Origin: Balanoglossus misakiensis
Taxonomy: Eukaryota; Animalia; Hemichordata
DNA: 64,000 bases
Assembly: GCA_040954595.2 (NCBI GenBank)
Contig: CM082584.2
Span: 12,368,875 to 12,432,874, forward strand
Reading direction: 5' to 3'
The notes under the pieces are model-generated. The model searched no databases, was not told the origin of the DNA, and was given only the letters and a program-made list of their open reading frames with translations. Position numbers and translations under genes: made by a program. This document shows, one piece after another, positions 1-12,100 of the stretch. Position 1 is the stretch's first letter; each line of letters opens with the position of its first letter.

Positions 1-196
1 CAAACCATGCGAACACAGAACTAATTAGAAACTACCTGGGCGTAAACCCCGAACTGAATAACGGTATTAAATTATTAGATATGCAATTACAGAGTAATTA
101 TTGTTCAATTTTAACATGTAAATTGTCCAACGCGGCCGAATATTATTTTAGCTTTGCAGAAGTGTTGGTCAAGTACATGAATAATGAACTACGTAC

Positions 197-3100
197 CCCT
201 TTTATCTTGGTCGCCTGAAATCAAGAAGAGCATTTAGTTATATTTGTGTAGAGAACGTGAGCGTGAGAGGATAGTTTGTACGGGTTAATGGAAACGAAAA
301 TTTGATACACTGTAATTTAAATATTAGTAAATGAATGAATACTTTCATATTTTGATGGTAAAATTCTCTTACCTGTCGCGCTGGCATCTTTTTTGTCAAC
401 CCAGAAAACTGCAATACGAAAGATAGAAAAACATTACTGTGGACTTTCTTTGGACCTACGCCTGTGGGACTTTCGTGTTTACACCCACACATCACTATGA
501 GACAAATTCTAAACTGGTAATTTCTATCATCAGAAACTATTTAAAACTTACCTCTCTTGTCTTTGTCATCTGAAGATATTGATTATGTGTGGGAGAAAAA
601 AAGAACAATGAGTGAATTTGGATTGTGAAATTAAATATGTGTAGAATTGATAATACCTTTACGTCTTAGTTTCTAGAATATGTGGACAGCTCATTGGTAT
701 AAAAGATCATGCATTCATTCATTTATTCATTCATTCATTCATTAATCGGAGGGACTCTGGTATTTAAAATAAAACAACATACCTGCTTTCGCGTCTTTCT
801 TGTCGACCCAGAAAACTGCCGATGAACAAAAACAAGGGCGATTAATAGTAATGCATCATTAATAGTTAAATATGTCTTCTCTATCACTCGCATAAAATCA
901 CCCCACATGGCAATTTCTTTAGTTTGTTTTTATGTTTTATTGAATATAAAATAGTCAAATTAATATATAATTAACTAGAATGTCACCCTTACCTCTTTTC
1001 GCCGCATCTGATGCAAAACAAAACAAAGATAAGTAAAAAGATATTTATTAATTCATTCATACAGTTTGATATTCGTAGCATTAAATACATGGGGTTAAGC
1101 CTTATATGGTAAAATTCCAGGGGGTAACTTCCCTAGAAACACATCGAGATAATAAAACAACTCACCCAAATCCCCGTAGAGACCATTGTCTTTCTTTTCA
1201 ACCCAAAACACTGAAACGATTAACAGAGAGAAATGTGAAAACTTGTTGCCAGTTTACATATCATGAATGAAACAATTATCAAAATGAACATAGAGTAAAT
1301 TCACACAAAGTGTGAAGATTTGAAAAACATTCAACAAAGTTTGTTGTTCTGGTAGTATATGCTGGTAGATAGATTTCAAGTTGGTGGCATTTACAAGTGA
1401 TTTCTATGTAACACATACCTCTTTTGTCTAAATCTTCAGCTGGTGCTATGGACCGAATAAAAGAACAGAGAGACATCATGTAAATACCAATTCAAATAAA
1501 AGCGCATTTTTGATAGGCAAGGCTTGTGAATATATAGGTACGCGGATATGATACATGCATGTAAATACATAAAATATGTAGTTCTAGTAGACGTACCATT
1601 TTTCTTGTCCACCCAAAATACTGGAGAAGAAAATGAAAGGCAAGTTGAGTAAAGTAACAGTCATCGATTCATGGCTTTTTATGTACGGAGAAATACTATG
1701 GGATTTTTTCTGAAAGGGCGCCACCATCAGGCCATGTTGCCACGAAGCTTGCATATATAGATAGATTATCCACTGAAATATTTTACATAGTCTTAAGACG
1801 ACAGCAATCTGTTTTAAAAACTTAGATCCGGACAAGTCTTACCTCTCTTTTCGTCGGCATTTTCTACAAATAAATGAAAAAACAAGCGCGGATTGAGAAT
1901 CAATGCAAAAAGGTGACTCCTTATTTCTGTTATGAGTCAAGTTCTTTTTTATCTAGGACGTGTTATCAACAAAATAAGTTAAATGTCATATATAAGCTGA
2001 AACACCTGAAGTAAGAATGGTCTGCTTTGTAACTGCAAATGTGAAAACTAAGGAGGGTAAAGCTAAAATATACCTTTCTCGCTTGTATATTTTACTAACT
2101 GCAGTGAGAACAAGTAGTATGAAGTCTCTTCTCTTTCATTATTTTCATATTTGGGATGAAGAGCTTCGAGTTGTTGGCGGCAGAAGCTTTGATTTTTTTC
2201 ATGTGCGGCAGAATCAACCTTTATTAAGGGTATCATCAGAAACGTTGCCATAAGTAGGCCTGTTTCAATTTCCTTGCGTATTTTCCGGCACCACAGATAG
2301 TACGTGATGACTAGACAGCGTATCAAAGACTACGCAATAGTTACTGCATGACATGAACCACTGGAAGCCCCGCAGTAATTGAAACACGACACCACGAGGA
2401 AAAAATATGAAATGGGTAATTTTTTCGACTGATGCTTTTAATGTCACAGAGACTGCCTGTCAAGGGCAAATCAAATCCTTAATTACTTTGACATGACTTA
2501 CCCAGATCAGCATTCTTCTTCTCCACCCAAAACACTGAAATTTGGAAAGTAGTAGAAGAGAATCAATCTTGTATGAGAATATCTTCAAAGTAACCCGCCC
2601 ACGTCATTGAAGAGAAGAGTTACTAAAACTTCATCATCATATTTAGTTTTGTTAGTGTCTTTATTGTACAAATGGTTAAGTTGTTTAATGTTCCAATTCG
2701 ATTTTATTTCCAATATATCTCACCATTTGCTTTTGTAAAGGCTGAATCAATACAGACACTTAACTCCATGACGACACAGACCCTTAATACAAAAACGATA
2801 AATCACAAATTGTATTACGGTTGATTCTCCTCATAATTGCATCAGGATCTCATCTCTCTCTTGGTTTCATTTGTTTTCTGAGTTCATTGGAGTGACCACA
2901 GGGGACAGCTGAAGACAGAATTATTCCGCTGTGACCGCCGACGATTATTTGCCTTGAATGATCTGCTTTAAATTTGTCTCAGCATTTCCTGGCTATGTGA
3001 CTGTTTACGCAACGTCACTCATGTGACAGCTTTGAGTCCTGAATGTGTCGTTCTTAGTATTCGAGAATTACGACCGATGGAGGTTGATTCGATTCTTGTC

Positions 3101-6100
3101 CTAAATTGCACGTCTTTAAATCGAACAACAGATACATGACGCGAAGATTTCCCCGGTGAAAGAGTTGCTAGATAAACATGTTTGATGGAAATATGTGTGT
3201 GGCGTGGCTATACCAAGGATGATTTACGGCTGCTTGAAAATGCCGATCTTGATTTACAACAAGTGAGCAATCCAAATCCGCTATGTTCAAAAGAAATTGG
3301 AGTACAAGAACATACCGTATTCAACACAGACACATTTACGAAATCTTTTACTGGGAAAATTAGACAACATTAACTTATCTTACGAATTTCCTTGGTATGT
3401 TTTGACTGTAATAGGTTTTTCTTTTGACAAAGTTGACTGTCATTTCTTGTAAGAAATAAAGACGCATTTTCTGGGAATGCGGCAATTTTGCAAAAGTGGA
3501 CATTTTCTATCGAGGTCACATCAACAATTGCTCTACATTGCAGAAGGGTGTACTCTTTTTCACCCACGTATATACGGTACATGCATGTTTTCGCGACAAC
3601 TTCTTAGAGATGCATTATAAGTCGAGAGTATTGAACATCTAATCTTCAGATGATATTTAGTGAGAAACGGCAAGTTACAAAGGGACAATTGTTATAATTT
3701 GCATTTTGAAATTAGAATGACAGGATAGTTTAGAAATATATAAGCGAATCTTGTCAACTCATCAAATTATAACACATTTCTTTTTTGTGGTCTGTGAGAC
3801 AATTCCAAGGCGGCACAGATGCTTTTGTCACAGTTGGCGCCAATGTGTCGTGCATGGTTTTGTTTATTTATTTTTATACTGACTTTGATTCGGAGTCGGA
3901 TAGGTTCGCGTTTATGACCATAACCGACATGGATCACTGCGGAGAAAAATATGCCCCTGTGATGTCTTAATAATCACTTACCTCTCTTTGACGTGTCACG
4001 TTTGTCGATGTTTTTTTCCTGTCTGGCTGGTGCCGCATGAACTGTAAAAAAGAAAGAAAACAAAAATTGACATTGAGAAAAAAATGTCAATGTACTTTAC
4101 GGATTGCATGTGTTTATGCCATTGATGTTTTGAATTTCCCCATATTTCATTTCAACTTTTTTTATTTTTTTATTTGCTTCATTATTTATGCAGCGAGCAA
4201 AATCTCCCAGGTAATGGTTTTTTTTTATTTTTTGTGCGCAGGACATTTGATGCTACAAGGCTTTGGCAAAGGTTGTAAAATACTGGTTTCATAAAATATC
4301 TTTAGAATTCCACTGTAAATCATCGACAATGCTCATGATAGATTCTGTTGATATGTTCAGACGGTTTTCCTTGATTTCCTCTTTACCATTTATTTCTACA
4401 CGACAACCTGGGGATGGTCACGTATTTGCAGTCTTTTTTCATCATGACTGCTGATAAGTAAACGCTAGTGCGAATATTTAGGGTCTTTGCTGTGTTGGAA
4501 AATATTTTAATTCCCCCATGGACACCATATACGATATGGTTTGATATATTCACATAAATCACTATTGTTTTGTTGATAAGGGTAAAGTGTGTACAAGTTT
4601 GACATTTAAAGAGTTTGGTATCTTCCGAATTTGCATTGTTATTGTACACCTATTGCCGTATAACCAATGGAATTCCGTTGAACGATAATTCTCAGTGAGA
4701 GTCCAGTAATGATGCAAATGAGGATACGGAGTCCAATAATACCAAGAGTTGTTGGTGTTTGGAAACTTCAATGATAATTCTTCATAAAGCACCACAGTGG
4801 GGCTTACTTGTGAAGTTTAACGTCGACTATTAATTTCTCAGTGATTTCTGTGCCCCTCGGCACGACCCAAACCACAGCGACTTAAATGACAAATGTTCCC
4901 ACGGCTGCTATTTCAACATCACGTCGTGTACTGACCTGCTGGCCAGCTTTACCAAACCATATCACGTCTCAAGAGTTTATATGTGTGTTCATTTTTTTTT
5001 ATTTCGAAACACAAACGAGCCAAATACTTCAGCAGGTCACACTTAGCAACGTTAAATATGTCACTCTTTACGTGAATAACTTGCGCAGACATTTTAATGG
5101 CACAATGAAGCGCTGTCGTAAAATAATCACTCGTAAAGAAACATTTGCAATATCGCCAGTACATGTGCGTCCAATTTTACAGATAAACGCACCTGAAGAC
5201 ATTAATGTCGTCAGTAGTTTTGAGTACGTGCAAGTGATGATCTAGAGGCGCCAGATGTAATGTTTTGCTTCAGATCAAAACAGCAGTTGATGACCAATTA
5301 CATGTGCATTTACGCTGGTAAAAACCCGATGAGAAATCTCATGTACGGATTTCGTAATCGGTAACGGATAATTTCCAGTATCAAAAGCAAAGGGCGGAGT
5401 TCTCTTAATTTTTTAGAAGAAGTGAAATGGTTTAATCAAAATCAAATAACGTGCGAGAATGAAAAACTCATTGTTGCTTCAGTGAAAACCTTGTCCAATC
5501 TATTCAGGTGTTCAAAACACAAGAGACCTACTTTCCTTCCTCTAAGTTGGCCTTTTCTCTTACACGGCTACACATTCAAAAGAAGCTTGATAATAAACGA
5601 CTGCATAATATACGTGTTATAAACCCCTGTCCATATCATATCATAAAAAGTTTCCTTTGTAAATCTAGGCACTCCCGACAACAGAGGAGACGGAATGTTC
5701 TATTTCGAGGATTAGCAAAACTGACAAGCATGTATTCGCGGTTGAGAGCAATTAGCTGCCACGTTGCTCTCACTGACTTCCAGCAAAATTGTTCGCATTA
5801 TGTTGACGACCATCGACGTGGAGTATTGCCTCCTCTTACCATACGAATGCGTGCTAATGGTTAGAACCTCGTTTTTTGGCACAAAACATGTCCCGCGGTA
5901 TGAAAATTACATAATGATGCAAGCGTATAATAGGTTGGAGTCTAGAAATATGTTGGGCAAAAACAAACATGCTTCCTTCTGACGTGACAGTGAAAGTATT
6001 TCAATGTTCCAATGGAGACAGAAAGGCTGAGTGAAGTCAGATAATAAAGCTAGAGTACCAACAGCGCTCTCATCATCATCCTTGTACCGTGAATATTATA

Positions 6101-9100
6101 TTCATGCATATAGCTTAGATCAAATTCCATTCATCTGTTGCTGCCTCTACTATACTAAGCCTCGGGTTTGAATTTCAAAGTTTTAATCACTATATCCCTT
6201 TAATATCAGTTAATATTGAATAAATCAATCTTTTTATGTGCAAAGATCCTAAAAATCTATTACAATCGATGGGTATTAGTTGTATTTGAGGTTTATCACT
6301 TTTACCTCTACGGATACAAATAAGGTCATGTTTCCAACAGTTAACAAACGTCAGTTTTGTCATATATGACCATGGACCCTTAACCCACTGTTTATTTTCC
6401 TGTTACTTGTATTTACTCGACCGAGTATCTCACGCAAGAGGTTTGGGTATCATCTCAGACTCCAAACTTTCCTCTTCATCACTTCATACATTGAAGAGAA
6501 ATTCAATCACATTAAGTGGATCAGTGACATTGCTGTAGTGTGTCCAATTTGAGAAGACATTACAGTAATTTTGTAGTTCAATATCGAACAGCCAAGCCAA
6601 CAGTATTCAGGTATTCCATCTTAGCCACGGATGTCGCTGAGAAAGTTCATGATCTTGGTTACAAGTACCCAAGTCTGTAACTTGTTCAATATTCAACATT
6701 TGTAGAAAAGTGTGTGATCGCGGCTTTGCGCGTAAGTGCATTTTATCGTCCAATGATTCAACAGATTCTGTGCGAATTCATAAGGTCTTTATACCCCAAC
6801 TCTTCAAACACCATTGGGCTATACAGTGTGATCAGCAAATTTCACAAAACGAAATACAAATTAAATTTCGAAGTGTTTGCCTTATCAGTCGTGTCAAAGG
6901 TCGAGACACCTTTACAAGTACACCTGAAACAGTGCCTCAAGAAACAATATTGTCCATTCCCTCAGTACATTATTCAACTCCATTCACAGCGACCTAGGAT
7001 CATATACTCGAAATGCCAAAGTTTCATAAACGTTCTACTCGACATTTATATGAAATTCAATTCACTATGGAAAATTTTCATAAGCGCGGCAAGAGAAGAT
7101 TCATATCTATGGTCGCTTATCTGTGGTCGAGGAAGAGTTATTGCTTTTGAACACAATTTACATGTTCTCGCCTGACTATTTAATTCTTAATACGATTTCA
7201 TGAGAAAGCAATTCTGAACGATTACGACTGAGCGACAATAAAAATAGCTGAACATACATAATAGATCGGTGCCGTAGGCATTTCTCTTGTGGTGTTATTA
7301 CTAAATAGCATGGCATCATACAAATGCGACGCCTTCTAAGTGACGAGAATGAGTTGATTTATCCCCTAATAAATTATTTCGAAACCAGATGTTTGGTACG
7401 TTTGGATCTTAACTAACCTGTGTAGATATTTGCCCGTTTTAACGTTAACATTATTTTGGTTAATTAAATATTTAACAGAATATCAAAGGGCTCATTGTTG
7501 GAATACCTTTTAGTGTTCAAATGAGACTTAAACTCGTGCGTGTTGCAAAATTAAGTTAAAATCAATAATACAGTGATGCGGGTTTAACAGGGAAAAGATG
7601 AATCGGTGCTAGTGATAATGTTGGCCTAGCCCACACTGATAAAAATCTATTCCTCTGGATTTACATACTTACAAAGTTTGAAAGTCACCGTCAGAAATAT
7701 TTTTGAGTCTCAGAATGACATTTCCCAGCTCTTCAATCCCTACAAAAATGCCAGTACCACAAACTTTGCCCGAAAGGTATTACTCTTTGGAGTTTCACTG
7801 TTGATAGCTCGACAAAATACGTTATCGCTTCGCGCGAGCATTCCAAACAAATTACATAATATGATAAATTGCACACTTAATGTGTTCCGGCATTTCATAA
7901 ATTCAACTAAGCTTAATACGTTGCTTATCGCAAGAAACGGAAAGCCCATTAATATTGATAAATTTAAGTTTGTTACCGAATGGATATCGTATGAATCATG
8001 ATTCTAATAGTATAAGCCGTTGATAGAAAAGATGTGACTGGCGGTGTTTTAGTGTGTTTTATCTACTTATTTTGTCATACTGTACATGACATGGACTATA
8101 CCATGCTGTGAGTCATATCTCATGGTGCTGGAGAATCTGTTCTGACTTTTAACCTACAAAATTCCCTCGTTGCTTCAGCCCTTTAATTGAGTAAACCACA
8201 TGCATTTTTCGAAGGGGGTTTGCACTAAATGCTTTTTACGGTTTATAAGGCACATGTCAACGCTGCGTTGGTCTGACACCCAGCACTGGGTATTGGATCA
8301 TGTCAGCATGGATACGGACGGCATGCATATAGTTGACTCTGGGAATATTGTTTGAAATTAATCGGTTCCCTACAGGAATGAGTAAACGTATGCTGCTTCG
8401 CATTCTATTCTCCCGTCAACATCGCAATAACCAAAGCCGAACACCTGATACCATAGCTAATCAGTGGTCAGAGATGGCCTTACTCTTATTCTGGTTTATT
8501 AATTGTTTTGTGGATCTGGTAATTCCATTACACTGAGTAAATATGATAATTGGACTAGCTTATATTATGATACTATAGTATGAACATTAGAACCACACTA
8601 GCTTTAGAATGTGTGTGAGGTGCAAAAGTAAGAGGTCACGCCATTTGTATCAATTTGGTTTTTCCAATATTCGCTCCAAAAGGGTCAGTTATCGGTTACA
8701 ATTATTTTTCTATTACAAATATATTACTCAGTGAATTTTTGAGGACATGAAGTGAAGATACCGTAAATTTCAGTGATATCGTAAATTTGCAAATATATCT
8801 TTATTTTGTTAAGAGCGACACTTGAAATTCATCAAATCCATCAACAACCAGAATACGAGCATGTTGAATCAATGTATGCAATGACACCACTCCACAGGGT
8901 GGGCAACAAATAACATCGGCAGTTAAAGTTATTATTGTAGATAAAATATTGATGTAATTTTATTTCCGGTGACCCAGGAGTCAGTCAGAGTGATTGCAAG
9001 TCGTAAATAAAATCTAGTGAATTTTTCGTCAACAATGCGATGACGTCAGCTGAATGTCAACTTAGACGGGTTTGCTGATAGATCTGCTTGAATTGTCTGT

Positions 9101-12100
9101 TCGGGTCCTTGTTCAACTTTTTACACCCGACCTGGTTCAATCACTGTAATTGATTTCAATGAGACACCGCTCAGTCAACGTCATACAAGATGTTCACAGT
9201 TTCAATCAATGTAGAAGACTAAAATCGGTGTATGACCCACTAATAAACGAGGTAAAACGTTAACAAACCTAGGGGTTTATTGCTTTCGAACCATTTCTCA
9301 TCGCGTCAGAGGTCCCTTTTAGCATTATCAACTGATATTCGTCAATAACAGAAGATGATATCTCAAAATAAATGGCGATTATATTCTAGACACACGTAAT
9401 TTCTGGATAATAGAAGTGCTTTTGTATTCCTAATCTGATCGGAATACAGGAAATGCTCTCAGATTTGTGTTTGGTTCACAGAGATTCGTAATAGAGTGTT
9501 GTTGGTGAAAAAATTCCATCATGGATAACTACGCAAGAATGTGGAGTCTGTTTTGGATATGTAAATATTGCAAAGTGAAGTTCACGTACGCACATGTGTG
9601 CCAAATCGGAAATGTCAAATGTAAAAATTCCCATTCTTTCAGTCGATATCTCTAAAATCAGTCGAATGTTTCAGTCTGCCAGACGGCGATGACGTCAGCA
9701 CCGATGCCTTTTGCGAGGGAAGGGAGCCAGGCCTAACCGTGTAATGTTATTTTCAAACCAGTTTGACGTCTTGTGCGGATCATATATTAATATTGACAAG
9801 GTTATCCAATTGACGATATCCCACTGCAATTGATGGCTTGGAGTAGTGTTTCACTCATAAACGCATGTCCTCCAGTTCACTGCAGTAATCAATATCGATT
9901 GAGTTTATTTTCCGATGCAATCCCAGGTGGTTCTCTTGGCTATATACACTTCTATCTGTGACGATCAAGGTAATAGAAAGGCTATCACATTCATTGAGGA
10001 TTTAACGTAAACGCGGAGAATTAAGCGATCGTGATAATGCTGCTGGGTCTCAGACGTTTGCAGTTCTGCTTAAAGTATTGACGTGGACGACTAAAGGATT
10101 GCGTCTCACTGCACAGGTCCGTTTGTAACTAAGAAGGAACAAAGCGTCCTCCCAGTTATTAAAATTTACACTAAATCATTCCATTTGCACGTGTAAATCA
10201 ATATAATCTGCTAATACAATCTGGCGAGGCCCTCTCCTTCATCGTGCCTATTTTGTTCAGCAGTACCTTCCTCATCAAATAGGCAAATTCGTTGCACAAA
10301 CCTCTCGGAAATTGGCAATTTCTCGCTCCAAAATCTATTTTCCACCCAATGTTTACCCGCTGAATACACCCTGAGGCCAAACTTACTTTTTTGATAAATG
10401 AGCATTTTCTAGGAATAAATTGCTCAGTGTTTGAAGTGTCGTGTCGGTCACTGTACAATTTCCCATGTGTCTGTGCCAATATACTTTGAAGTTTGACATG
10501 ACGCTGCTCAACTGGTAGATAAGAATAAACAAACTGTTTCGGGTTGGAAGGTCACTAGAACAAAAACCGAAGAAATACAAAGTCGAAAACAGTAAACTAG
10601 CCTAATGGTCTTTTTAGTAAGTGTGTTTCCGAAATAAAACGTAACTCGTCCAAGATGGCCGTCTGAAAGCATTGTGGGATAGCCTTTTTCCTTTAATGGA
10701 TGGACAAAAGAAGTTTTCCGAGATTATATCATGGACGCAAAAGTCAAATGTGTTTTAGGGGAAAGAATACAAATAAACGTGATCTCGGGTCTGGAAAAGC
10801 ACGTGGTAAAAGGAAATACAAATTTGGCATTTGGCTTCAGTCCCGACACTGATTTAATCAACGCTGGGAATGTTTGAATTGTAGAATGAAAACCGCGACT
10901 CTATGACTCTGGGGTGATCGATGGAGCCGATTCAACCCATGAAACCGCAGATTTCTGCAAAAATATAGATGATAGCATCAGCGACAATGTTCGAACTGTG
11001 ACGCGCCTTGCATAAAAAGAAAACATTTACACCTTGCAATATAATTCAGCTTCGAGTCTTTCTCGGTGTATCGCGCATGTGATGTGATATGACGACCTAC
11101 ATTGAGTCATCGTTTCTCTTATGCAATGAAGGAAATGCGCATGTGCATACAGAAGAGCTTGAGGAAAACTTAAAGTAACGTAAAAAGCTTGAGAAAAAGA
11201 ACAGACAAATGATACGCTGCTATGATAGCTTATATGAGATGCCCACGCCATCGCCTACGAAAGCTCTCAATGAAAAGAAACATCAGAACTTGCCGAAGCC
11301 GCAATGTTACAACTGGACTGCGGCGAATTAACAATCACGGCGACAATTTGATTTGGAAAAGCCAGAGCGCTGTTTTGTATGCCTGTACACAACCACTTCA
11401 AACCAACCTTTCCGTTTCTTAAGGATAGCTTAATTGGGCTTTCGAGTGTAACGACGTTATTGTGGTTTGGAGGTGTATTACATGGGCATGTCTCAATGCT
11501 CAATCAGACACTGCGCGATCGGATTAGCCAGGTGACACGTTAAGTCGTTCTTTAGCTCTTCCCGGATTCATCAGCACCGTAACACGCCAGCACTTCACCA
11601 AGATAAATGGCGTGTGGTTTTTATTTATATTACCGTTTTCGAATTTAATTTATAATCGAAATTGCGGATATCCTCGCAAATACGTAGAACAAGGCGCAAC
11701 ACCTGGGCTCCTCGAAAAGGGACTCAACCAATTTTCAAATATACAATAGATATCCATTACTGCATATTCTACTAGCTTTGCCTCATCATCATTCCTGATA
11801 AAAACGCTCCATCTAAGCCATCTCTTTGCCTGTTTGTTTTTGTAATTACTCCAGCGATTAATTACGTAAAGGTGTGACGTATATGGTACTGGAAATTTCC
11901 CTGCAGCTAGATATTTTACTGCCACCGAGAACACGCTTGAATGATTTATCAAAATTTATCTCGGCGGCTCTTGGCAAACAACACGTTTCGGCAAAATGGG
12001 GCCGATCATCGAGAATCCTTTGAATGGAGAAAATGGCAGGCTTGAAAAAATCTCCAAGCTTCTTTTGTTTGCCTAATGTCAAACCAATGCTGATTTGATA

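Noticed and set aside
2006-2098. Further possible microexons of the precursor (2032-2006, 27 nt, VTKQTILTS; 2094-2074, 21 nt, VKYTSEK)
   Set aside because: The first has a weak donor (gtgttt). For the second, the better acceptor (ctgcag) gives a 25-nt frameshifting exon. Neither fits the peptide/KR alternation, so both were left out of the model.
197-2534. Periodic FWVD-coding repeats as a CRISPR array or DNA minisatellite
   Set aside because: The repeats are conserved at protein level, not DNA level, and each is bounded by splice signals. The context is eukaryotic with no cas genes.
4886-8536. Longer track ORFs in the precursor's large intron (e.g. 6714-7175, 153 aa; 4886-5245)
   Set aside because: No recognisable motifs, random-like composition and no consistent splice chain.
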